Shown: piece after piece, positions 16,195 to 28,961 of the stretch
How the letters are laid out: the number at the start of each line of letters is the position of its first letter
How positions within the stretch are numbered: position 1 is the stretch's first letter
NCBI RefSeq assembly: GCF_009914755.1
Contig: NC_060926.1
Length of the DNA stretch: 64,000 bases
Source of the DNA: the human T2T-CHM13v2.0 reference genome, Homo sapiens
Strand: one strand, 5' to 3'
Made by a program: the position numbers and the translations under genes
The notes under the pieces: generated by a model
The model's input: only the letters and a program-made list of their open reading frames with translations
Database searches by the model: none
Told to the model about the DNA's origin: nothing

Positions 16195-16901
16195 TGGAGT
16201 AAAGACATAAATGTAGAAAACCAAAACCAAAAAACAAAAAATGTAGAAGCCATTCTAGCGGCCTATACATGCCACCCAGGAATGGAAACCTTCTTAATCA
16301 ATAAAGAATACTTCCAAAAGCTTATAGTCACAAATGCCTATATTTTATATATAAGTATACTTGAAGATCTACTAATAAAAAGTTTTTCGGGTTTGTTTTT
16401 TTTGGGACATGATCTCACTGTCGCCCAGGCTGGAGTGCAGTGGAGCGATCTGGACTCCACCTGCTGGGCTCAAGCCATTCTCCTACCTCAGCCTCCAGGG
16501 TAACTGTTGTGCCACCATGCTCAGCTAGTATTTTAAAAATTGTATGTAGAAACGAGGTCTCACTATGTTGCCCATGCCAGTCTCAAACTCCTGGGCTCAA
16601 GCGATACTCCTGCCTCAGCCTTCCAACGTGCTGAAATTACAGGCGTGAGCCACCCTGCCAAGCCCTAATATAAAGTTTTAAATGAGAAAAGGTATTATAA
16701 ACATGGTCAACAAAAATAATATAGTTTTGGAGAAAAACACTGGCAAATAGTAAGAAAAAGGGTTTACATGTAGTATAAAAAGAGCACCTGCAAATTTTAA
16801 AAAACACAGTGGAACATGGGCAAAACTTTAATAAAATAACAAAATAAACATTTTAAAATGCAAATATGCAATTCACTCAAGTGAAATTCAAAAGGCAAAG
16901 T

Positions 16902-16907
16902 TTTATT
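16902..16907 (-). terminator. Candidate distal polyadenylation signal AATAAA
   Basis: tttatt on the + strand; U-rich tract downstream on the minus strand (aaaataacaaaataaaca on +). Confidence 0.45.
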
Positions 16908-18374
16908 TGGAAAAAGTACTTTTGAATGTGGTCAACAGACAACTTACAAGAGTTGGAAAAAAATGTTTGCATCCAAGATAAGAAAATCTGAACATATATT
17001 GTACAACATACAAAATGCTTTCACAAACTAGTTAACTAAAAAGACAAACGGTACAAACATATGGACCAAAAATAAGAAAAATTTAAAAATGTATATAAAA
17101 GTATAACTACGAATATTTGTGGTAGGCAGAATTCTAAGATGGCCCCCATGAACTCTGCCCCTCATGTTACTTCCATGGGTGATGTTACATTGCAGGGCAG
17201 AGGGACTTGGCAGATGTAATTAAAGCTACTAATCAGTTGACCTTAACAATCTGGGTGTGCTTAAACTAGTCACAAGAGCCCTTTAAAAGCAGTTTTCTCT
17301 GGCTGGTAGAAGTAGAGTCAAAGTATAAAAATAATTTGATGCACCCTGGCAAGCTTTGAAGGTGGAAGGGACCACGTGCAAGGACCACGGAGCAACCTCT
17401 AAAGGATCAGATTTGACAGTCAGCTAGGAGACAGGGACCTCCATCCTCTGACTTTAATGAGGCTGGAAGCGAATTCCTCCTCAGAGCTTTAGTTGAGTAC
17501 CCACCCTGGAAGACACTTTCATTTCAGCCTTGTTGGGCCTTGAACAGACAGCCCAGTTGAGTTTCCCTGGAGTTCTAACCTACAGAACTTTGAATAGATA
17601 ATTCAGTTCTGAGTGCAATCCAGATGACCAAAACATTTGAAAAGATGTCTACATTTATAGTAGTCAGGAAAATGGAAATTAAAATAACACTGAAAAATCA
17701 CTACATCCACCAGGATTTTTTTCTTTTTTCTATGTATTTTTTAATGTTACAATAGTTATTGCCATGAGTATTAAGGGAAAAGTGTTTTTATACATTTACT
17801 GATGGAAATAAAAACTGTTCCGGCCACTTTTGGAAACAATCTGTCAATATTTATTTAAAAATTTAAATATACATACTCCTCAATGCAGCAATCCTACTCC
17901 AGGGAATCTATTCCGCAGACGTAAAACCATCATGGTGACAAACATATACACAGGAATGTTTATTGTAATAATAAAAAGGAAATAAGAGCTATGATAGACT
18001 TAGAGAAATTCTCATCCTACATTGTTAAATGAGAAATGTGAGATGCAGAGAACGTACATGATCCCATTTATTTAAAGCAAACTGCCCACCAAAATATCTT
18101 CTCATTAACGTTAGACTGTATATGTTTACTGATAAATTTGAGAGACCTTTAAAAATTTGTAAGGTGCTCATGATACACATTATATTAGAAAAAGCAAGTG
18201 CAGTATAATATGTAGAATAAAACCCCATATGTAATAACTGGGTATACACATTTGTATGAATAATTAGAAAGATACATATCAGGGAGGTAGGAATGAAGGG
18301 GTATGATGGGACATGCTTCGTTTTGCCATTATGAATCTTTATGCATTGTTTTTTGCATTTAAATTCATTTCTGT

Positions 18375-18870
18375 CACTTTCTTAACCTGAAAAACATCAA
18401 ATCATCCCCCTTCCCTGCTCTATTTTTTTTCCCTCTGCACTTATCACTAATATTCCCTATATTTTCACTTGTTCCCCCACCTGGAATGTGCTGCATCAGG
18501 TGAAGTTTTTGTTTACTGCTGACTGCCAGCAACTAGAACTGTGTGGCATATAGCTGGCACTCAAATATTAAGGAAAGTAGTCTTCTGCTACTCTTGATGT
18601 TCATTTTAACCTATTTCTCCTAAAACCCTGATGTTCTAGAAGCTATCAGGAGTGTGACCGAACTACATGACCAGAAGTCTGTATTCAGAGAGTGAACAAG
18701 TCATTTGCTGGATGCTTATTTTATTAGGTGTTTTACATCCGTTATCTCAAATCAACCTAATTAGGCAGATCTATTATCCCCATTTCATAGATGAGAAGCC
18801 AATTTAGAAGAGTTGACTTGTCTAAAATCTAACAGACAATAAATGTCCTATTGTCCAGGCCAAATTCCTG
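18375..18870. mobile_element. L2 3' end and MIR fragments
   Basis: ctagaactgtgtggcatatagctggcactcaaata (L2); attatccccatttcatagatgagaa (MIR). Confidence 0.55.
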
Positions 18871-21800
18871 CTTTCTTCTGTGTTGAACTGATCTTAAAGG
18901 AATCATATTTTTAGTAATTTTAATGACAGTTCTTACATGGTATATGTTTAATGTTGAGATTATTCGTTGAATATTTCATATGTAATTTGCTGATTCTTTT
19001 AATGATTTAAAGTCATTTGAATATTAAATATAAATAGTTGGTCTCTAACTTGTTGACTGTTTTATTCCTAAAACAATTGCACTGTTCAGCTAAAGCCCTG
19101 GGCCCTGCTGGAGTGCTGTCAGAAAACCAAAGACAGAGATGTTCCTAGGAGAGTTAATAAACATTGGTACAATTACTATAAAATCTTCAAGACAAAAACC
19201 AGCCTGAGAGCATCCTGAGGAACTTTGTCCCAGAATTTTCCTCTCCAAAGAAAGCTCCCCAGAGGGATGCCTTTCCTGACAAGATTCCACTGGGAGGTTC
19301 GTCTTTCTCCTGGACAACAGCAGTCAGTAGGGCCATCTGTAGGTTGCAAGGAAAGAGTGTGGAAGTGGACCTGTTCTGAGCCCAGGATAATCAAGGCAGG
19401 CTCAGGTTCCAGGCTAGAAAAGCTCCCTTTCAACTGATCAGAGGCCAGTGGGGAACAGGGGATGAGCAGAGGAGATATGGGGGTCCGGGGATAGATGGGA
19501 GGTCATCAACAGGGTTTAGGGACACCTTCCTGTCCCCACTATGCTCTGCTCAGTTTTCACGCAGGCAGGACTGGAACTGTGCAGTATAAAGACGTTGCTA
19601 CTCAGGCATTTTGTTGCTACCTGTGAGGTAAAGTCCAAATTCCTCTCCAGTCAAGGTGCAGACCTCAATCTCAGGATAAGCTCCACAGAACCAAATGCAT
19701 TTGAGCATCAACTGTCAAGAGATTTTTTTTTTTTTTTTGGTCTTTGATGATTTGTATAATTTAGATTTTGAAATGGGCTCTCTGATTACTCAGCCAACAA
19801 ATATTTATAGGGTACCTTTTATATGGCAAGGCACCAGGCACAGTGCTAAGAGGAACATAAGAAAAACGAACATGGTCTGTGCCTTAGGGAGCTTATATAG
19901 ACAAAAGCAAACAAATAATCATTAACCTTTATTTTTGTAGGTGACAAATGAGCAATGCATAATATGCAAAATCTGGGTTAAGGGAGAGAATCAAGATATT
20001 CAGAAAAAAAATCTCATTACCTGCTCCTCATGCCTCAAAAAAAATCCAGAAGATTTTGAAATGCAGGAGATAAACATCACATATTCCTTATTAATCTTTG
20101 TATTCCAAAAATAATTTCTGAAAATCACAGGAAAGAAAACTTTTGTGTATTTATTAGCAGAGGCAAGCTATACTATCAATTGGACACCTCAAGGGCACAA
20201 AATTGCCTGGAACTACAACCTTCAAGTTCAAAATTTCTACCTCCAGAAAGCAATGATGTTTCTAAAGATTCTCTTATTTTTTAATTGTGATTAGTAGATG
20301 TGTATTCCTAAGTATTCTACAGCAATGAGAAATAAGGAGCACATTCTTTTTTTTTTTTTTTAATCAAATCGATTCTGACAAAAGGAGTTTATTGTCTTGC
20401 TTGTTAAAAGGCTGACCAAAAAGAAAGTAAGTCTGAATGTTTCAGAGTTGGGAGAAAGCCTGATTCCTTCTGACCCTGAGATATACAAGGAAACTGAACA
20501 AATACCAGGCAGCAAAATACTGAGACATTTACCACATAAGAAAGCATTCTTACATAGCAGTTGAGTACTGGGAAGGTTGTTGGGGAGGGTATTATTCACA
20601 AACAACTGTCAAAAGATATGAGACCACCGAGTTTTTCTTTTTCTAAAAATCACACTGAGTGATATTATTCTATCAAGAGGATATTCTGAAATACGTGGGC
20701 TATCGAAAAAGATGTAAGTACATTTTAAAAATGTTTTTAAAAGCATAGTCAAAACCATTCAAAAGAGAACTCACTCTGTAAAAACGATTCTCATATTTTT
20801 TCATGAGATTATCACTTGGCTACTTTAGGATATTTCTTACATGCCTGGTCTTCATCCTGACATATGCAGATGACACAAAATACTTGGGCTTATGTTTTTA
20901 CAGCTTCCTAAAATATAATGAAAACTATTTCCTCTGACACTTTGCCATGGGGCTCTAGGATACTTTTGATATATTTCCTAAAAATATTTAATTTAGATAA
21001 CAAGGACCAATGACAAGCCAGAATTGGAACCATTCATTCTTTGAGGTCAGAAGTGGTATACTGCCAGCCCATTGAAGTTGAAATGGAAGACAATGTGGCT
21101 CAGGCCACAGGGTCAGTTGCTTCTCCTTTTTGGTAAGGTACTTCTTTCCCCACACTCTCACCCAAGTTATCCAGCCCCCAAAATAAACTGTTTCTGATAA
21201 AATTACTTTTGCTCTAAGTTAATTTTGTTTATGCATGAAAAATTATTGTCTTGGTCCCATTTCCAAAGGGAAGTAGTTGGATGCCAGCATACTTTAACAT
21301 TTCGGCACATATACAAACCACAAGCTGTTTATTTCTACAACTCACGATTAATGTAAAATGTTGCTTTCCATGTGCTTTTTTTTCTTAAAGTTTTCAGTTT
21401 GGGCATATTTAATTGTGGATGATGGGTTTCCCTACCATTACCCTTAATTTGATGCTATTAGAATTTTTAAAAATCTTTTGTTTGAGGCAATGAATTGGGA
21501 ACCTGGTACATACACTAGATTTTATGATGGCATAAGAAATTATAGCACATAAATTAATAACACTATAGTACTCCAAGTGCTGTTTAACAGATGTTTTACT
21601 GTGGGCTCTCCTTTACATCACTGGGTTAATTACCTAAAGAGGGACACAGAAAAAGTCAATGTGGAGCTGGCATCTGGACCACTCTTCATGTAAGGTGAAT
21701 GGCTAAATCACCAAGGACAAGATACTTTTCTATGAAATAGGTCCTTCCTATCAGTAGGTTATTGCAGACTTTGCTCACCCAAATAATGACTTCCAATCTA

Positions 21801-22839
21801 ACTGAAACTACCATTACCTTTAGTGAAATATCAATTAGGAATAAGGAAAGGGTTAGGTTTTGTAGGGTTTGAGTGATACTTAGAAGCGAGTCATTTTATG
21901 TTTGGTGGGTTTTGAATCATTTGGTATACAAAACTTACTGAGTTAAAATTTGTGTTTCAGAAAACGGATTCCAATTTTCAGAGCCGTATGTCAGTGCTTC
22001 CTTAGAGAACTGGAGTGTTCTGGTCATCCTGAGAAGTAACAGGCGGAGGGATGCTCCATGATTATAATGTTTAGGTTAAAAGGTATGCTTGACTCCCAAG
22101 GTGTTCTGGGAATATTTTATGTGCCAGGACAATGCTGGGGCCCTGCAAAACATCAGTGATCTTGGGAAACCCAGAGGAGGTCAGAATACTACCTGGCAAT
22201 CTTAGGCTGACCCCAGGAGGTTCATCAATCCGTGAATAATTTTTGGAGTTTTAATGACCTCCTGAGATAGATCTCCAAAATTACTCAAGCTAATCATGTC
22301 TCAGTTCTCATTAAAAAGATAAAAGAGGTGTTTCCAACACTACTGAAAATGTGTGTACATACCAAAGGATATAATACTCATTAGTATACCAGCATACAGA
22401 ACACCAAACAATGGTGGATAGTTTCAAGGATATCAGAAGAGATGCCTTTTAAATTTCATATTGTATTGTGGATCCTGATTGGAACAAAAAGACTGTGAGT
22501 TCTGGGCAGGCCAAAGGCCTTGAAAAATAATGTTGATTTGAAGGGGCAGGGAGTGTGGAAGGCTTGTGTATGTCTGTTAAGTAGCGAAACAAAAAATAAA
22601 AACATTGTATTTATATATGTGTATAAATTTTAAAAGCCATTTAAACTGAACATTTGAAAAACATAAAACCTATTCATTAAACATATGTGTCTCTGAAAGT
22701 ACCACTGACCCAATCCTAGAAGCTATTTTAATTTGGCTTTTCAGAGGCCCAAATTCTCTATAAACTTCTCCTTCCTCACAATCAGTAATTAAGACTGGTT
22801 CATTAATTTTGGACTCATGTATACTTTGTCTAATATCCT

Positions 22840-23001
22840 TTTATTTCTCTGCACCCCTCTACAACTCCTCCCCCAAAAGCCCCAAATCAGACTATGTTAA
22901 TTTAACTGATTACTGTAAAGCCACAGCTAGATCCCAAATCTGACAAATATTCCAATTCATGAGACACCTATAGCATGTTATCTATATTTGTACACTTTAT
23001 T
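22840..23001 (-). terminator. Candidate middle polyadenylation signals (AATAAA at 23001-22996 and 22845-22840)
   Basis: Two tttatt hexamers on the + strand. Confidence 0.45.
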
Positions 23002-25066
23002 TAAAAACAAATAATACACTTAGAGCCACCAAAGATGGATATCTTAATTAGCTTATCCATACCCTGAATTTACATAAGAAACTTCTTGCACCACAAAAAT
23101 TAGCATTTGGATTAATTTACATTAATTGATGTAACTAAAATTTAAAATACCTGAAGATCAAACAATCTGGCCCAGGGCTCACCAGCTGGAGGACTGGGTG
23201 TGGAGAGAAAGGGTTATTTAGGAATCTGAATTGATGACACCCTGTGGTCAGCTCTAGTCAACTGAACTTGAGAAAACATAAAGTAACCAGCAGATTTCAA
23301 TATTAAAAAGAAGTGGTTCCTCCTAAAAAAGGTATTAGATCATAGAGTTGGGATTAGGGTAGGGGATACCTATTAATCTGGGCTGGAAAAAAAGTGTGTG
23401 GAGAAGGGGAGTTGTATTGTTTTCTCACAAGAGGCAAACTTCAGCCAAACAATGAAGAGATAGTAGGGAGGGAGATGTGTGGTAGACCAAAGACTTTCTG
23501 ATTGCTGATAATAACAAATTTAGCAGCTCTCTACAAGTCAATTAAAATACCATTCTCTGAGACATTTTCAGAGAGGAGCTAACTAACACCCACCCAGGGG
23601 GGAAAAATCATTCTACATTAACAAGGCACTCACTGGTTCACAGCCTGTTAAAAACCCAGGCAGACATTAGAATCTAAATTAAAATGATTTTGAAAATTTG
23701 CATCAGAGAGATGACAAGCATGTGGTCCTGGTTAAATTAAATCTAAAGCTTGGATTAGCAAAGATCCAGAAAATTCTGACCCCCTAAGCACCACTTTAGG
23801 AATACCGCCAGAATCAATGAGTGGGATCTAGGGATCTGTTTGGCCTAACATTTGTTTTTTTTAGAATTAAAAAAACAAAACAAAAACTGAAAGGATCTGT
23901 TAAATACTTTGTCAACCTGGCATCCCTGACACTGACATGAAGATCCAGTTGGATGATGGATATTGCCAATTAAAAAGTTTGTAGTGGCAAAAGTAAAAAT
24001 GATTCAAATTGACGAATGACCTGTCCTTTGTTTTTAAACACAGATACGTTTTTCTGGGCCTTTCTCTAAAATGAACTTTAGGGCTTGATACATTTCACAA
24101 AAATATACATATTTTTCGTCAGCTACTACTTTGTATACAACCTGAATCCCAGTGTCCAACACTTAAAAGTACTGCAATTATATAAATTACTAAACAAGTT
24201 AACAGTAATGGAGAGGCAACTTCTGAGTAAATAAAATGAATGATTATGTACTTAATAGCCTTGTAGTCACTTTCAAAGAATAAAGTAATCTAAATAAAAT
24301 TATAGTTAGCACTCTTTTTCATGTAAGTTCAATAATTATTTGGCTATTGGTTGAAAACATCACACAGACAGACACCAACCAAAGATTCATTATCTCCACT
24401 CGCTAAAAACATTGATGGTTAATTTTAAGCAATTCTTTCAAAGAAAAACAAAATTAATTCTAAGCCTTTCAGTCTGATTTGTGACATCTTAATACAATAT
24501 AACTTAAATGACAAAGCCTGAGAAAAGCACCAACATAGATTTTTTTTTAATTGCATCCAACCATCATTTCAGATGTCATAAAGATTTGCTTCAGTTAAAA
24601 TGGCAGCAATGACAAAGAGGTAGATATGAGAGATGCTTTTTAAATATTTTAAGACTATTCTTAGGTGGAATTTTAACTAGTTCAGGTATTTAACCTAAAA
24701 ATATTTACTAGTTGAATCTTTACCACATAAGAACTTCATGACATGCTGTTTTGTAAGAGGGAAATATATGAAGTATTAAAAAGTGAGCCTTTAAAAAATT
24801 ACATTTACTTAGCCAACATTAATGAGATCCCATAATTTTGGTGAACAAATAATTTCTCCTTCTACCTGAACTTTACTATAATTAAAGAATAGCTATTGTT
24901 TTCTCTACTGAAATTTCTAGGAATTCACATTCAAAATTCTTGGAAAGTATATATGGTGCTCAGAAGAGCACAAAGCGCATGAAATGTCCCCTGAAGTCCT
25001 AGAAGTTGAGCAGATACATTAAAAAGACATTGATGGTCACAAATCAGGACCTTCACAGATTGGTAA

Positions 25067-25094
25067 ACACACACACACACACACACGCATGCAT

Positions 25095-25129
<35 letters not shown>

Positions 25130-25145
25130 CTCTCTCTCTCTCTCT
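25067..25145. repeat. Compound microsatellite (CA)n-GCATGCATG-(CA)n-(CT)n in the STRN 3' UTR
   Basis: Directly visible. Confidence 0.95.
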
Positions 25146-25558
25146 GTGCCCCCCCTCCCACCCCCTCCCCAAACTCAATCTTCATCCTCACTGTAAGGCT
25201 GCATTTTTTTTTTTTAAAGGCACCTCTCATTTTCTAGCTATTGCCTTCTTGATGATATTTGTTTTTGTTAAAAAGTCTGAATGTTCAATGGAAATAGTTC
25301 AGTACTGAGAATAAAATATTTTTCAATTCACATTTGAATAGCCAGGTTTTCTTACATTCAGATTTTAATACACTAGAATGACAGTCTTTAAAACAAGCAT
25401 GCTAGCCTATAATGAATATTGTATATACAGTAATTTAAACACTTAGAACTATATATTATACTGCAAAAGCAAACAGCACAACACTCATCATACTCATCAT
25501 TATCTGCTGTGTATACTACCTCCAAAAATGAAAATACAAAACAGTAAAATGCACCTAT

Positions 25559-25561
<3 letters not shown>

Positions 25562-25593
<32 letters not shown>

Positions 25594-25646
25594 TATATAT
25601 TATATATATTCTTACAATATATATAATATATATTTATAAAATATAC
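25562..25646. repeat. (TA)n / AT-rich tract in the STRN 3' UTR
   Basis: Directly visible. Confidence 0.9.
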
Positions 25647-27509
25647 ATACATTTTAGACATTTTCAAATAAATCTTCATCATTATCTCCAAAAGAAATTT
25701 ATAGCAAGAATACTGAAGGAATGAAAGTCAGATTAAAAAAAAAATTTCTCACAAAGTTCATCATCAGTGATGCAGCTCAATTTCCCCCGTTTTAGTCATA
25801 ACTAAAATGATTATAAAAGCGAAATACTTTGCATAACTAAGTATTTGTTTAATGGCAAAAGTTGTTAAACTTGTTCAATAGAAAAATACTGAAGGTCATT
25901 ATATCACTTTTGTTAAATAATCTGTCTATGGTTTGAGTAGCAAATGAGCTCCATATGACAGTTGAGTTTTGAGAAGGGTGCTGCAAGCTCCCAGAGATGT
26001 ATCCACAGCATATGAAAATAAGGCAGGGATCCAAACCTCCCGCTAATTTTCATACTATTCCAATACATTTCAAACAAAATATTTACAAATGAAGCACTAT
26101 GAAAGCATTTCAATGGCTGTTTAAACATTGAATTTGTTCATTCTGTGAATTTTCATTGAATGTTCAACAGGCTAGGGGAAAAGTCAGACACATGTATATG
26201 CTACTCTGGTTGGAAGACAGCTTTGGCTCATTTCTAGGCTGAGATCATGCAGTGCTGGTAGAGAAGACTCTCTCCGTAGTCTCCAATGCCACAGCACTGG
26301 CTTTCTAAGGAACTTTCAACAGTTCCATTTGCGCTACAGTCTATGTATCTCATGGTTATTTTCCACTCACTGACAGAAAAATTTCAACCATGAAGCATAA
26401 AATGAACGGGGGAAGAATGTCCTGGTTTTTAGAATTTCAGTGACATTAATAAAGCAGTAACTGAAGATCTTAGAAGGTAATTAATAACTGGTAGAACAAT
26501 AGCTTTGTGGTCATCCATCATAAATACACCAAGTAATGGCATCTTCCTTCCTTCCTTCCTGGAAGGAATTTTCCAGTATCCTTCTACAAATGTTAGGTTA
26601 GAAACATTCTTTCTTCACTGTGAAGAACCAAAAGAAATTTACTGAACACAATATGGAATTCTGTATCTGCATGGAAATATTAAGTATTCACCTGACAGCT
26701 CATGTTTAGGTCAATTCATTTAATTACACAAAGCAGTCTCTTGAGCCTGCTTGTTAACCAAAGCACAAAGATGAAATGAAAAGGTAGCTGTATTACTACA
26801 GCATATCTGTATGAAAATCAGGCAAATTTAGCACAAGTCTCTAGCTTTAAAGAAAATTTGCCTGTATAATGCAGAATTCTAGAGGCAAACAGGCAGAAAT
26901 TTTACAGAAATATTTGTCAATCATTAGCCACACCACCACCAGAATACTTTTTCAAGGAGTAGATGTACATATCATGAGAAGCATCATTGTTATGACGATG
27001 GAAAATGTGGGGAATGGAATATGTAGAAATTGTTTTAATTGGTTAAAATATCTATAGATTTAATATTTTTAAAATCTAAGAGCCTATTTATATGTTTTTT
27101 GGTGGAAAGTTGGACGTTAATAATTTATTTCCAATTTCTAGATTGGTCTCTGTCATTTGGGACAAAGAGTAAGAGAGACATAAACCACTATAGAAATAAT
27201 GTCTTTATGACAGGAGACTAGGTCTAGATAGCAGGGTCTTCAGAATCCCAAAAGGTGAACACATGTAGGTGGGTCACAGGTAAGTTGGGCTGGGGAAGCC
27301 TGGCCTTTTAAGGTGTGGATTTCCCCAGAAACAATACTGATCCACTGCCCATTAAAACATGTATATCTCAATTAAACAATGGGGGAGGAATAGGGAGAGA
27401 GAAAGACAGAACTTGTTAGCCAATATTTGGCATTAAACTCTTTCATCCAGGTTTCCAGGAGATTCTTACAGGGATTAATAGAGGACTTCTAGGGTACAAA
27501 ATATTTGTT

Positions 27510-27515
27510 TTTATT
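27510..27515 (-). terminator. Candidate proximal polyadenylation signal AATAAA
   Basis: tttatt on the + strand, about 1.1 kb past the stop codon. Confidence 0.55.
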
Positions 27516-28616
27516 AGTGCTTCTGCAAAAGCAGCTGCGTGAAGTTAACCATACTCTTTGGGCTATTAATAATTATGAACTGTTCTTGGTAGATGTCAGA
27601 TAACTTGAACGTGACAAAGAAGAAAGAGCACAGATCATCTGAAGCATGATTAGGTGGGTGTTGATAAATGATTATTAGCAAATAAATTCTATCTTTTCAG
27701 TCACTGAAAAGTAAGATTTCATTGGTATGAAATAATCACTCTGGTACTATAAATGTCACATGAATAAAGTGAATTTTAAAATAGAAATTATTAAAGAGAT
27801 ATGCCCTGTTTACCCTTAAAAATAAACAGAATTTCAAACCTGAATAAGTTAAATCTGTTAGTAAAAGCAGAGTCGATCAACTATTCTTCACAATGGTGAG
27901 TGCTTGATAGCTAAACTTTAGAATGATACCAAATCTGTTTTCAAAACTGTAATACAATATAGAAATCTGCTTGCAAACTATTTGTCTAGCATTTCTGAAT
28001 AATAATATATTTAACATATTATTGCATTTTTCTCCCCCTAACAGGTAAAATGCTTTGCCAGGTGCTTTATGTGAACAGCTGAAAGGAGAGTCAAATTAAA
28101 AACTCAGTTTAACACTGCCTGGTCATTATACACAAAGGGGTTAATATGGCAGATATGATAAAGATTACTATTTTGACTACTTAATGTGTTTTAACAAGAT
28201 TTCTCAGGGGAGAACTTGGTCTAAGTTTCCCGTTTTCTTCTATTCAGTCCCAGCTATCAAGCTTTTAAATTATCCATTGTAGCATGCCCTACTTACTCAA
28301 CAGGGACAAGCTAAACTTGTATTCGCTCAGGCCTGCCTAGCGAATTAGAACCACCTCAGAAATAAAGGCGCCTATTGGGGAGAAATTTGAAACAGACCTC
28401 AGGCTCACAGATTCAGCTGAGCTTGCAGCAACCTGAACAAACCTTAGTTTTAGAAAACAGTATATGAATTGCAAAACTATACTTCAACAAATGTTCTCTG
28501 TGCTCCTTCAGCAGAACAAAAGGGCAGGACGAGATGATTCTTGCCCTCGTCTTCTGTATCTCTTGTGTGCAGTTGATTACTTATAAACAGCTAGAAGGTG
28601 AAGATGATGCATTGCG

Positions 28617-28786
28617 TCATACAAAGACTTTAGCCAGTGCGTCAGCTCCAGCACTGGCTATATAGCATTTGGATGGGTGGAAAGCTACATCATGAATCGA
28701 TTCTTCAAACTTTTTTCGATGAGCTGTGAATTCTTGGATACACGTCTTACTTTCTAGATTCCATAAACGTATTGAACAGTCATGAC
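28617..28786 (-). CDS. STRN: Striatin terminal exon 18, coding part: (S)HDCSIRLWNLESKTCIQEFTAHRKKFEESIHDVAFHPSKCYIASAGADALAKVFV*
   Basis: Acceptor atatag|GT; TGA stop at 28619-28617; striatin-family C-terminus AGADALAKVFV. Confidence 0.97.
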
Positions 28787-28874
28787 CTATATCCAAAAAA
28801 AAAATTAAAAGGAAAAATTACATTAACATGAAAATGGTAAGGACAAATAAATAATCCATAGTTGAGGTACTTAC

Positions 28875-28961
28875 TGCCAGACATCAAGTAAAGGCCATTG
28901 GGATCAACTGCTAAACTTGTAACAGCTTCTAGGTGGGCTACCATCGAGTGGATCAGTTTGC
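28875..28961 (-). CDS. STRN: Striatin coding exon 17 (87 nt): (G)KLIHSMVAHLEAVTSLAVDPNGLYLMSG
   Basis: Acceptor ccaaag|GC (AAG type), donor A|gtaagt. Confidence 0.95.

Larger units (their letters stand above)
14600..18260 (+). mobile_element. Highly diverged L1M fragments with FLAM (15466-15596), AluJ (16395-16663) and MLT1 (17118-17610) insertions
   Basis: A-rich L1 ORF2-like motifs (gatgctaagaaggcatttgatgaaattcagca; gcagcaatcctactccagggaatctat); MLT1 start tgtggtaggcagaattctaagatggcccc. Confidence 0.65.
16885..28616 (-). other. STRN: STRN 3' UTR, longest plausible form (about 11.7 kb); shorter forms end near 27.5 kb and 22.8 kb
   Basis: About 8.7 kb after the stop codon (to about 19.9 kb) lacks Alu and L1, in sharp contrast to the flanks; AU-rich; multiple minus-strand AATAAA. 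STRN is recalled to have a very long 3' UTR; the distal end is inferred. Confidence 0.65.
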
